A DNA stretch of 64,000 bases, from contig CAVTOX010000016.1 of NCBI GenBank assembly GCA_963736425.1, positions 22,719 through 86,718 of the forward strand. The letters are read 5' to 3'. Position numbers and translations under genes: made by a program. Source of the DNA: an uncultured Actinomycetes bacterium. Its GTDB lineage: Bacteria > Actinomycetota > Actinomycetes > S36-B12 > CAIYMF01. The notes beneath the pieces are model-generated. The model was not told where the DNA came from and did no database searches. It saw nothing but the letters and a program-made list of their open reading frames with translations. Positions 55,476 through 64,000 of the stretch are shown piece by piece. Numbering within the stretch: position 1 is the first letter of the stretch; each line of letters begins with the position of its first letter.

Positions 55476-56294
55476 TCAGCCCGGGGAGGTGCCACCGGGG
55501 CGGTGGGAGGCCTCGGGAAGGGGGAACACCTGCGGGGGGTCAGCCCGCCATCCGTCCTCCGACGCGTGGTGCTCGGTCACAGCCAGCGTCTCGGGCGTGA
55601 TCTCCAGCAGCGACCAGGACCGCACGACGCCGCGAGTCCGATTGCTGGTCGCCGTGCCCGCCACGACCTCGATGATCGATCGGGATCGTGTCCCGGCGCC
55701 CACCTTCAGGACCTGCACGGCCGGCACGTGGGTGTGCCCGGCCAGCACGATGTCGACCTCAGCCTCCACGAGTGCCTGCTCGAAACCGTCGCCGCCGGCC
55801 AGGGACTCCAGGTCCTGCGAGCTCGGCGGGTGATGCATCGCCACGACCCGGACGGTCCCCGGTGGGGAGTCGGCGAAGGTGGTGCGGAGGTCCTGGGACT
55901 GTCGCTGCGAGATGCGTCCCGACTTCCACCGCCACCGGGGCATGGAGCCCAGCCCCTGGATCCGCACGGAGCCGAGATCCAGGACCGGGTCGAGGTTCTC
56001 CGTCACCGCGGCGCGGTACTTCCCGTATGGCGAGGCCATCCGGTGCATCGGGTTCGTCAGGGGGACGTCATGGTTGCCGATCACGATCATGGTCGGACGC
56101 GGGAACTGGTCGATGATCTGCTTGGCCCTCACGAATTCGTGGGTGCGCGCCCGCATCGTGAGATCGCCGGTCACGATCGTGGCCGCCACATCGGCATCGT
56201 GCAGGTCCTGGGCGAGGCCGTCGAGGGTCAGCTCGTCATGGGCTCCGACGTGGATGTCCGACACGTGCGCGATGCGCAGGACGGTGCGGCCCAT
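55476..56294 (-). CDS. metallophosphoesterase
   Basis: Motifs HVSDIHVG, GDLT, GNHD and AGHTH. The start is set at ATG 56294 (MGRTVLRIAHVSD). Confidence 0.8.
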   Translation of the reverse strand: MGRTVLRIAHVSDIHVGAHDELTLDGLAQDLHDADVAATIVTGDLTMRARTHEFVRAKQIIDQFPRPTMIVIGNHDVPLTNPMHRMASPYGKYRAAVTENLDPVLDLGSVRIQGLGSMPRWRWKSGRISQRQSQDLRTTFADSPPGTVRVVAMHHPPSSQDLESLAGGDGFEQALVEAEVDIVLAGHTHVPAVQVLKVGAGTRSRSIIEVVAGTATSNRTRGVVRSWSLLEITPETLAVTEHHASEDGWRADPPQVFPLPEASHRPGGTSPG

Positions 56295-56416
56295 CGGTGT
56301 CACCCGCCCTCCGCAAGTTCCGGCATCGGACCTGCAGGATACGGCGTCCAGCGCTGCGCGGCGGGCTGGAGGCGGGCGGGGCGACGTCGGCGATCCGGGG
56401 CGCGTAGCGTGAGGGA

Positions 56417-58069
56417 ATGGCCACCACATCGATCCCCGAGTCGCTCAGCATCCCGCCCGAGACGGTCGCACCCGAGGGCGATCCCGGCAGTGCGCCCACC
56501 ACTCCCGCAGAACCCCTCAGCCTGAGAGACCACGTCCCCACCGAGCTGATCGACAGGCTTCTGACGTGCGTGCTGGCCACCGGCGGCCAGACCGAGACGA
56601 CCCGCGCCCCATTCACCGGTGAGGAGCTGATCACCTACCCGATCTCGACCGAGGCAGACGTCGAGGAGGCGTTCGTCCGAGCTCGCGCCGCCCAGAAGCT
56701 GTGGGCCCAGACCCCGGTGGCCGAGCGTTCCCGGATCATCGGGCGCATCCACCATGCGGCCCTCGACCGCCAGGACGAGCTCATGGACCTCCTGCAGCTC
56801 GAGGCGGGCAAGGCGCGCTACGACGCGTTCGCCGAGGCTGCGGCGGTGGCTGTGTACGCTCGCTACAGCTCGCGCACGGCACCGAAGGTCCTGGGCCGGC
56901 ACGCGCGCAAGGGCGTGGTCCCGATGGTCACCAAGGCCTACGAGGTGCGCCATCCTCGTGGGGTCGTCGGGCTGGTCACGGCGTGGAACTACCCGGCCGT
57001 GTTCGCCGCCTCGGATGGCTTCTCCGCGCTCGTCGGCGGCAATGCCGTCGTGCACCGCCCCGACGTCCAGGCGGCGCTGTCGGCACTCTGGGTCCGCGAC
57101 CTGGCGGTCGAAGCCGGCCTGCCCGAGGACCTGTGGCAGATCGTCCTCGGCCCCGGCCGCTCGATCGGCACCGCGATCGTGGACCGCGCCGACGCCATTG
57201 CCTTCACCGGGTCGACGGCCGCGGGCCGCGCAGTCGCGGAGCGGACCGGGCCCCGCCTGATCTACACCGCACTCGAGCTGGGCGGCAAGAACCCCTTCAT
57301 CGTCATGGCCGATGCCGACATCGACCGGGCCGTGGAGGCCGTCATCCGAGCCTGCTTCATCAACGCCGGTCAGACGTGTGTCGGCCCGGAGCGGATCCTC
57401 GTCCAGCGCTCGATCCTCGACACCTTCCGCACCAAGCTGGTCGCTCGTGTGGAGCGGATCCGGATGGGCCGGGGCCTGACGTTCGACTTCGAGATGGGCT
57501 GCCTGATCGACGCCAAGCAGCTGGCCAGCGTCTCGGCCCAGGTCGACGACGCTGTGTCGAAGGGCGCCACGGTCCTGACCGGCGGGCGCCCGCGACCCGA
57601 CATCGGCCCCACGTTCTACGCCCCGACGGTGCTGGAGGACGTGACCCCGGACATGGAGCTGTGCGCGGGGGAGACGTTCGGCCCGGTGGTGGCGCTCTAC
57701 TCCTTCGACACCCCCGACGAAGCCGTCGAGATGGCCAACGACACCGAGTACGGCCTGCACGCGGTGCTCTGGACCCGCGACACCCGTGCCGGCCTGCGCC
57801 TTGCCGAGCGCATCACCGTGGGCAGCCTCGAGATCAACGACGGCATCGTGGCCACGTGGGGCAGCCCCGACCTGCTTCAGGGCGGCATGAAGGCCTCCGG
57901 CATGGGCCGGCGCAACGGCAAGTACGGCATCCTGAGGTTCACCGAGCCCCAGTCGATCGTGATCCAACGCATGCACGGGATCCACCCGCCGGGCACGATG
58001 GGCCACGAGATGTTCACCGCCCTGATGACCCACTCGTTCAAGGCGATGCACCTGCTGCCGCGTGCGTGA
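56417..58069 (+). CDS. NAD(P)-dependent aldehyde dehydrogenase (succinate-semialdehyde dehydrogenase GabD2-like)
   Basis: Catalytic ELGGKNP and AGQTCVGPERILV. 550 aa, intact. Confidence 0.88.
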   Translation: MATTSIPESLSIPPETVAPEGDPGSAPTTPAEPLSLRDHVPTELIDRLLTCVLATGGQTETTRAPFTGEELITYPISTEADVEEAFVRARAAQKLWAQTPVAERSRIIGRIHHAALDRQDELMDLLQLEAGKARYDAFAEAAAVAVYARYSSRTAPKVLGRHARKGVVPMVTKAYEVRHPRGVVGLVTAWNYPAVFAASDGFSALVGGNAVVHRPDVQAALSALWVRDLAVEAGLPEDLWQIVLGPGRSIGTAIVDRADAIAFTGSTAAGRAVAERTGPRLIYTALELGGKNPFIVMADADIDRAVEAVIRACFINAGQTCVGPERILVQRSILDTFRTKLVARVERIRMGRGLTFDFEMGCLIDAKQLASVSAQVDDAVSKGATVLTGGRPRPDIGPTFYAPTVLEDVTPDMELCAGETFGPVVALYSFDTPDEAVEMANDTEYGLHAVLWTRDTRAGLRLAERITVGSLEINDGIVATWGSPDLLQGGMKASGMGRRNGKYGILRFTEPQSIVIQRMHGIHPPGTMGHEMFTALMTHSFKAMHLLPRA

Positions 58070-58108
58070 CCCGGATCGGCCTCGACCAGGTCCCGGTGGG
58101 ACGCGGAT

Positions 58109-59545
58109 CTACTCGGACGGCCAGTTCGCCAGCGTGTCGAGGTAGGACTGGCGCACCCGGGCGACGTTCTCGCTCAGGTTCTCCAAAGTCCAGTCGTCGG
58201 TGGGCACCGGGGGCAGCACGGCCACGTCGACGGTCCCGCTGTGGATCGCCATCGAATGGGCGCCCATGATCTCCCCGCAGTTGCGCATCACGATCGGGAC
58301 GACCGGCACACCGGCCTGCATGGCCATGTGGAACGGCCCCTTCTTGAAGGGCAGCAGGCGTGGGGTGGGGGAGCGGGTGCCCTCCGGCGCGATCGCGATC
58401 GACTTGCCGCCGCGCAGGGCCTCAACTGCCGGCTCCAGGCCCTGACGCGCCTTGGCGCTGTCGGTGCGGTCGATGTAGGCGACATCGGCCAGGAATCCCA
58501 CTGGCCCGAAGACCGGGTCGCGCTCCAACGACTTCTTGGCAACGCCGGTGAAGTCCTTGCGCAGGAGTGACCCGAGCACGAAGGCGTCCAGCTGGCTCTG
58601 GTGGTTGAAGAGGAAGACCGCCGGACGGGCGGACCAGATGTTCTCCTCACCGATCACGCGAAGGCGGACACCGGCGGTGGCCATCCCGAGGTCGCAGCCC
58701 ACGCCGGCCGCCACATTCGCGCCCAACGAACGGCTCTGGTTGAGCACGGCGAGCGCCGCCGCTGCGCCGACACTGCCCGCGAACACGCTGATCGCAGCAA
58801 CGCTGCGCACGACGTCCACCGGACTGGTCGAGCGAGGTTCCACGAGCCGGGCCACGGGCCAACCGCGCTCACCGGCGATCTCGACCAGGCCGTCGTCGGG
58901 GTTCAGTGCGCACGGCCGGCCCACGGTCTCCAGGAACGGGAGGTCCTCGCTGCCGTTGGAGTACCCGAACGACTCATCGAGGTCGATCAGGTGCTCCTCG
59001 GCGAACTCCGCCACGGCGTCGGACTTGCCCTCACCCCAGCGGATCGGGCTGGCCAGCGTGCCGGTGTAGCGACCCTCGTCGTCGATCTCCATCTCGGTGC
59101 AGATGATGTGGTCGATGCCCAGCTCGTCGGCGGTGGCCTCGATCTGCGCACGGGTGGCCGAGGAGGCGATCACCACAGTGTGGTGCCGACGCAGGTGTGC
59201 CTCGATCAGGGTGCGGGAGTCGGGGTAGATCATCTCGGCGATCTCCTTGGCGAAGACCGTGCGTGCCCACTTCAGGGCCTGGTCGGCATCACGTCCTGCC
59301 TGGCCCTGGACCCCGACGTTCATCAACTCGGTGACGTCGTGCCCGCGGCGCTCCATGTTGACGCTCTCGCGGATCGTGCGCATGAGCTCCGCGGTGGAGA
59401 TCTGGCGCTTCTTGAGCCGATACGTGAAGAAGGCCGCCGCCGAGTACCCCGAGATCAGGGTGCCGTCGAAGTCGAAGAAGGCCCCGATGTGCGGTCCCTC
59501 CGGGGAGTTGTCGATCTCCTCGACCAGCCACTCGATGTCAGCCAT
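58109..59545 (-). CDS. HAD-IB hydrolase / lysophospholipid (1-acyl-G3P) acyltransferase fusion protein
   Basis: N-terminal HAD motif FFDFDGTLI. C-terminal acyltransferase motifs FNHQSQLD and IAPEGTR. 478 aa. The first 8 nt overlap the plsB stop. Confidence 0.85.
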   Translation of the reverse strand: MADIEWLVEEIDNSPEGPHIGAFFDFDGTLISGYSAAAFFTYRLKKRQISTAELMRTIRESVNMERRGHDVTELMNVGVQGQAGRDADQALKWARTVFAKEIAEMIYPDSRTLIEAHLRRHHTVVIASSATRAQIEATADELGIDHIICTEMEIDDEGRYTGTLASPIRWGEGKSDAVAEFAEEHLIDLDESFGYSNGSEDLPFLETVGRPCALNPDDGLVEIAGERGWPVARLVEPRSTSPVDVVRSVAAISVFAGSVGAAAALAVLNQSRSLGANVAAGVGCDLGMATAGVRLRVIGEENIWSARPAVFLFNHQSQLDAFVLGSLLRKDFTGVAKKSLERDPVFGPVGFLADVAYIDRTDSAKARQGLEPAVEALRGGKSIAIAPEGTRSPTPRLLPFKKGPFHMAMQAGVPVVPIVMRNCGEIMGAHSMAIHSGTVDVAVLPPVPTDDWTLENLSENVARVRQSYLDTLANWPSE

Positions 59546-61352
59546 GCGATCCTCCCTGCGGTCGTGGGGTGCGCTCGGTCAGCACGGGCTGCCCGGAGGC
59601 CTGGGCGATCCGGCGCAGGGTGTCCAGACGGCGTGTGATCTGGTGCAGCTCGTCTGCCAGGGCACGGCGGCGCTTGGCGAGGTCTGGCTCCGGTGAGGTG
59701 AGCAGTCCGAGCTTGTCGACCAGGAGCACGGCGTTGCGGAAGTAGTCCGCGGACACCGACTCCGGGGTCGTCAGCTGCCGCTGCAGCCAGCGCTGCTGGG
59801 CCACTCCCAGGGTCGACTTCACGAGTTCCTTGTCGTCTGCAGGCTCGCTGCCCAGGAGGGCGAGCTCGTCGGCCAGGACGCTGTAGGCCTCAAGGAACGG
59901 CCCGATGACCCGATGGGCCACGAGCATGTCGAGGTCTGCCATCTCCTGGCGGACCTGCGCGGGGCTGTAGGTGTGGTCCTGCCAGTTCGGGTTCATGTAC
60001 GTGGTCTCCGCCGCTATCTGCTCGGCGAACTCCCGGGTGCCGGGGAAGAAGAACTCGTACCGGAGCAGCTCCTTGAGCCGGCGGGCGTTCTGCCACGTGG
60101 CCTCGGGGATGTCGGCGGAATCGTCCTCTGCGGCCTGGAGCGCGGCCAGCTCCCCGATGGATCGGTTGAGGAAGAAGTGGATGATCGTGTTGCGGTAGAA
60201 GGCCGCCTCGTGCTGCTTGCCCGGGCTGATTGCATAGACCGGCTCGGTCCCCCCGCGGTACACGCTGACGACGCCCTCGCTGACCAATCGGTCGAGGACC
60301 TCGCGCATCCGCCCGAAGTCACTGAGGTCGGGCCATTCGGTCATGGGCAGCTGGCGGCGCTGGATGTACTCGGCCAGGGGTTGGAGGATCCGCCGGCCCT
60401 CCTCGACGGTGATCGACCGGTCGCCGTTGTCCAACAGGGCGAAGGTGATCAGTGCACCCGGGGTGATCGGGGTGGCGGCGTTGATCCGGTTCGCGTTCTC
60501 GAAGGCAACCTTCTGCACGGCCAGGCGGGGGCGCAGGGTGCCCTCCTCGTCGGCGGTCAGGGCTACAGCATCGGCAAGGGAGAGCGGCTCGCCGAACCTC
60601 AAGTACGCGCGACCCAGCCGTCGGGACTGGGAGGTCGCGAACTCGTACATCCACTTGATGCTCTCGGGCTTCTTCTTGCCGCCCATCTCCTCGGCCGAGA
60701 TCGCACCGATCTCGTGCTGCTGGTCGTAGATGATCGAGGTGGGGACGACCAGCACGTCGCGCTCCGGGTGCTCGCCGTAGGCGTCCATCACGTAGCTGAG
60801 GATGCCCAGGCGCGGCGGGCGCAGCTTGCCGGTCCGGGTGCGTCCGCCCTCGATGTACCACTCGAGGTTCTGGCGCTGGACCATCAGGTGGGAGAGGTAG
60901 GCCTTGAGCGTTGCCCGATAGACGTGGTCGTCGCGGAACTCCCGGCGGATGAAGACGATGCCGTTGCGTTGGCCGATGTCGGAGAACGGCCAGATCGCAA
61001 GGTTCGCGCCGCCCAGCACGTTGTTGGGACTGAACCCGTGCTGGGAGAGTGCCGAGCGCAGGACCATCGGGTCCAGGTAGGAGCGGTGGTTGGGCAGGAA
61101 GATCAGGGACGCCGACGTGTTCAACTCGCGCAGGCGCTCGACCTCCGCGGAGCGGTAGTCCACGCGATAGGCCCGCGAGAGCCACCCGCAGAAGGCGTCC
61201 CACGCGGCGCCGCTCCACTTGCCCGGGCGCACCGCCATCTCCTTGAGGTCGGCCTCGGCCTCCTCGCGCAGGGCCGCCACCGGCTTCCCGGACTCGTCGG
61301 CCAGCTTCTGCAGGATCGCGCCGAACTCAGGGGAGTCCAGGACATCGTTCAC
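59538..61352 (-). CDS. plsB: glycerol-3-phosphate acyltransferase PlsB
   Basis: FLPNHRSYLDPMVL, FIRREFRD and YIEGGRTRTGKLRPPRLG motifs. The start is tentatively GTG 61352 (GGAG is 6 nt upstream). The track ORF extends to 61766 but would then remove the divergent promoter region. Confidence 0.8.
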   Translation of the reverse strand: MNDVLDSPEFGAILQKLADESGKPVAALREEAEADLKEMAVRPGKWSGAAWDAFCGWLSRAYRVDYRSAEVERLRELNTSASLIFLPNHRSYLDPMVLRSALSQHGFSPNNVLGGANLAIWPFSDIGQRNGIVFIRREFRDDHVYRATLKAYLSHLMVQRQNLEWYIEGGRTRTGKLRPPRLGILSYVMDAYGEHPERDVLVVPTSIIYDQQHEIGAISAEEMGGKKKPESIKWMYEFATSQSRRLGRAYLRFGEPLSLADAVALTADEEGTLRPRLAVQKVAFENANRINAATPITPGALITFALLDNGDRSITVEEGRRILQPLAEYIQRRQLPMTEWPDLSDFGRMREVLDRLVSEGVVSVYRGGTEPVYAISPGKQHEAAFYRNTIIHFFLNRSIGELAALQAAEDDSADIPEATWQNARRLKELLRYEFFFPGTREFAEQIAAETTYMNPNWQDHTYSPAQVRQEMADLDMLVAHRVIGPFLEAYSVLADELALLGSEPADDKELVKSTLGVAQQRWLQRQLTTPESVSADYFRNAVLLVDKLGLLTSPEPDLAKRRRALADELHQITRRLDTLRRIAQASGQPVLTERTPRPQGGSHG

Positions 61353-61502
61353 GACGGCTCCGATCGGTATGGACGCAGATGGGTGTGAGGGTAGTGCGGC
61401 TGGGGGGGCGATGGCAGGTCGAGACAGTCGCGCAGGCGGTGGGTGCTTGCCAGGGCCGAAGGGGCCGAACGTCCCTCGTGATGGGGTGATTGCGGGCATA
61501 CC

Positions 61503-62531
61503 GTGCTGGGTATGGCCATTGATTCCGCCCCCGCTCAGGTCGCCGACACGCAGCCGGCGGACGTCGTCATCGGCGTGCGTGACCTGGTCAAGTCCTTCGG
61601 TACGACCCTCGTGCTCGATCAACTCGCCCTGGAGGTCGTCCCCGGGGAGGTGCACGGCCTGCTCGGGCCCAACGGAGCCGGCAAGACGACGACACTGCGG
61701 ATCCTGCTCGGCCTGCTGCGCGCCGACGCCGGGACGGTCCGGGTCCTTGGGACCGACCCCTGGCACGACGCTGCCTCACTGCACCGGCGGCTGGCCTATG
61801 TCCCCGGCGACGTCACCCTCTGGCCGAACCTGACCGGTGGTGAGGTCATCGACATGCTGGGCCGGATGCGTGGGGGCCTGGATCGGGCCCGGCGCGATGA
61901 CATGATCGCGCGGTTCGACCTCGACCCCACGAAGAAGGGCCGCACCTACTCCAAGGGCAATCGGCAGAAGGTTGCGCTCGTTGCGGCGCTGGCCAGCGAT
62001 GTGGAGCTCCTGCTGCTCGACGAGCCGACAGCGGGGCTCGACCCGCTCATGGACGCCACCTTCCGCGACCACATCCGTGAGTTCCGAGCGTCGGGACGCA
62101 CGGTGCTGCTGAGCAGCCACATCCTGTCCGAGGTGGAGGCCCTGTGCGATCGGGTCAGCATCATCCGCCAGGGCGTGGTCGTGGAGTCCGGGACCATGGC
62201 CCAACTTCGGCACCTGACCCGGACGTCGGTCGCCGCCGAGGTGGACGTGGTGCCGGCCGGGATCGAGCACCTCCCCGGCGTCCACGACGTGGTGGTCACC
62301 GGTCACCGGGTCACCGCCAGCGTTGAGAGCCACGGGCTCTCCCCGCTCATGGCCAGCCTGGGTTCCGGTGGCCTGACAAGCCTCACGACCGCACCCCCGA
62401 CGCTCGAGGAGCTGTTCCTCCGGCACTACCGCGAGGTGCTGCCGGACGCGGCCCACAGCCCTGGTGGCACGGATGCCCCGGATGGGTCGCACGGACGGAA
62501 CCTCCGGCACCGGGGGAGGAGGCCGGCGTGA
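61503..62531 (+). CDS. ABC transporter ATP-binding protein
   Basis: Walker [18 protein letters not shown], signature YSKGNRQKV, Walker [12 protein letters not shown]. The start is GTG 61503 or ATG 61512. Confidence 0.9.
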   Translation: MLGMAIDSAPAQVADTQPADVVIGVRDLVKSFGTTLVLDQLALEVVPGEVHGLLGPNGAGKTTTLRILLGLLRADAGTVRVLGTDPWHDAASLHRRLAYVPGDVTLWPNLTGGEVIDMLGRMRGGLDRARRDDMIARFDLDPTKKGRTYSKGNRQKVALVAALASDVELLLLDEPTAGLDPLMDATFRDHIREFRASGRTVLLSSHILSEVEALCDRVSIIRQGVVVESGTMAQLRHLTRTSVAAEVDVVPAGIEHLPGVHDVVVTGHRVTASVESHGLSPLMASLGSGGLTSLTTAPPTLEELFLRHYREVLPDAAHSPGGTDAPDGSHGRNLRHRGRRPA

Positions 62532-64000
62532 CCATCGGTGCTGTCCCCACCGCCGTGCGTGCGGCGGCGTCGCCCTCGGACGGCGAGCGGGGCGGCGGTT
62601 CGGTGCTCGTTGGCACCGGCCAGATGCTGCGCCTGGCACTGCGGCGGGATCGGATCCTCGTGCCTGCGTGGGTCCTGGGAATCGCGGGCATGGCCACGCT
62701 TCTCCGCCCAGGCCACGGTCGGGCTGTACCCCGATCTGCCGCAACGGGTCCAGGCTGCCGAGGCGATCAACGGATCGGCCGCGCTGGTCGCCCTGTACGG
62801 ACGCATCTATGACCCCATGTCCCTCGGCGAGCTGTCACTGTTCAAGATGACAGCCTTCGGCGCGGCCATGATCGGCGTCCTGATGATCATCCTCGTGGTC
62901 CGCCACACCCGGGCCGAGGAGGAGACCGGACGCCTCGAACTGGTCGGGTCGACCGTCGTGGGTCGGGCTGCTCCCCTGGCCGCCGGGATGCTGCTGGCGG
63001 CTATCGCTGCGGCGGCGATCGCGGTCCTGACGGCAGCCGGACTGGCGATGGCCGGGCTGCCCGCGGAGGGGAGCATCGCGTTCGGGGCTGCGTGGGGCGC
63101 GACCGGGCTGCTGTTCGCTGCCGTCGGTGGGATCACAGCACAGCTCAGCGTCAGCGCCCGGGCTGCCACTGGCATGGGACTGATCGCCCTGGCAGTGGCG
63201 TATGTCGCCCGGGCGGTCGGCGACCTGGCCGAGGGTGGCCCGGGGTGGCTGTCCTGGCTGTCACCGATCGGGTGGAGCCAGCAGGTGCGGGCCTTCTCCG
63301 GCACGCGCTGGGGGATCCTCGTCCTGCCGCTGGTGGCCACGGTGATCCTGGTGTCGATCGCATTCCTGCTCCGTCGCGGCCGCGACCTCGGTGCCGGGCT
63401 GCTCGCCGACCGGCCCGGACCTGCCGAGGGGCGCATCTCCTCCACGTGGGGACTGTCGCTGCGCCTGCAGCGTCCCGCCTTCCTGGCATGGACGTCGGCC
63501 GCGGTGCTCATGGGGATCGTGCTGGGCAGCGTGGCAGACAGCGTCAGTGGCTTCGTGGACACCCCGGCCATGGCGGAGTTCCTGGAGAAGCTGGGTGGAC
63601 GACAGGGCCTCGTGGATGCCTTCCTCGCCGCGGAGCTCGGGATCATCGGCTCCCTGGTCGCCGCCTACGGGATCACCGCCTCCCACTGGCTGCCGGCCGA
63701 GGAGGAGGGTGGCCGCACCGAGATCGTTCTCGCCACCACGACCTCCCGGTGGAGGTGGGCCACGAGCCATGTGGCCCTGGCGCTGCTCGGCAGTGGCCGT
63801 TCTCACGGTTCTGGTCGGACTGGCTGTGGGACTGGGGTACGCGCTCTCGGTGGGCGAGCCCGACCAGGTATGGCGACTGGGACTGGCGGCACTCGCCCGG
63901 ATTCCGGCCGCCTGGGTGATGGTCGGCCTGGCCGTCGCGATCTGGGGGTTCTGGCCCCGACTCACGTGGCTCGTGTGGGTGTTGTTCGTCGGGTTCCTCG
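62528..64000 (+). pseudogene. ABC-2 family exporter permease (large, polyketide-exporter-like); frameshifts at about 62699 and about 63795; 3' end outside the window
   Basis: A GTG 62528 start (GTGA overlap) runs to ...VLGIAGMAT. It continues as FSAQATVGLYPDLPQRVQAAEAINGSAALVALYGRIYDP... in a frame not listed in the track because it has no stop before the window end. After LLGS it continues as AVLTVLVGLAVGLGYAL... in the third frame. Confidence 0.75.

Noticed and set aside
61352-61766. An upstream start for plsB (ATG 61499, or the track start 61766).
   Set aside because: ATG 61499 would leave only 3 nt before the divergent ABC gene at 61503, which is no room for promoters. The added residues are Pro/Ala/Gly-rich with no PlsB similarity. 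GTG 61352 has a GGAG at appropriate spacing. The start remains uncertain.

Overview
This is a high-GC (about 70%) Actinomycetota chromosomal segment; a mycothiol-dependent enzyme and mycobacteria-like lipid-gene synteny support that placement. About 60 protein-coding genes are densely packed. I found no rRNA, tRNA, CRISPR array, integrase or transposase.

Gene content is mostly housekeeping or accessory metabolism:
- Sugar and glycogen genes: a GH31 alpha-glucosidase, glgX, a class I FBA and a PFK.
- An unusually large set of glycerolipid genes: a desaturase, a patatin, a WS/DGAT, an AGPS-like FAD oxidase with TetR, GlpD and DagK, and PlsB with a HAD-PlsC fusion.
- Five ABC-2 exporter pairs.
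- A MoxR/VWA pair.
- DNA-repair genes: Nei, a Cho-like GIY-YIG nuclease and an SftH-like helicase.
- An idi / crtI-like / carotenoid-oxygenase group.
- Several regulators: Crp/Fnr, LysR and TetR.

The dominant sequence-level observation is that roughly 20 genes can only be read by changing frame. I infer about 45 indels. They are clustered in 12.4-18.7 kb, 30.7-51.6 kb and 62.7-64 kb, while three blocks of 11-12 kb are perfectly intact. This looks more like low-quality consensus than biology, but it needs read-level checking. Many long ORFs in the supplied track are antisense shadows or frame-fusion artefacts.

I did not find a clear known defence or mobile system. The candidates most worth follow-up are:
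- an operon coupling a tryptophanase-like lyase to a DUF4921/GalT-like protein, preceded by a gene for a secreted alpha/alpha-toroid protein;
- a membrane protein whose C-terminal half is encoded by a GATC-phased degenerate repeat that reads as protein on both strands;
- a crtI-like gene coupled to a carotenoid oxygenase with no phytoene synthase nearby;
- four copies of an AGTGTCACAT box in the divergent TetR/FAD-oxidase promoter;
- a LysR regulator divergent from an unannotated 44-codon membrane peptide.
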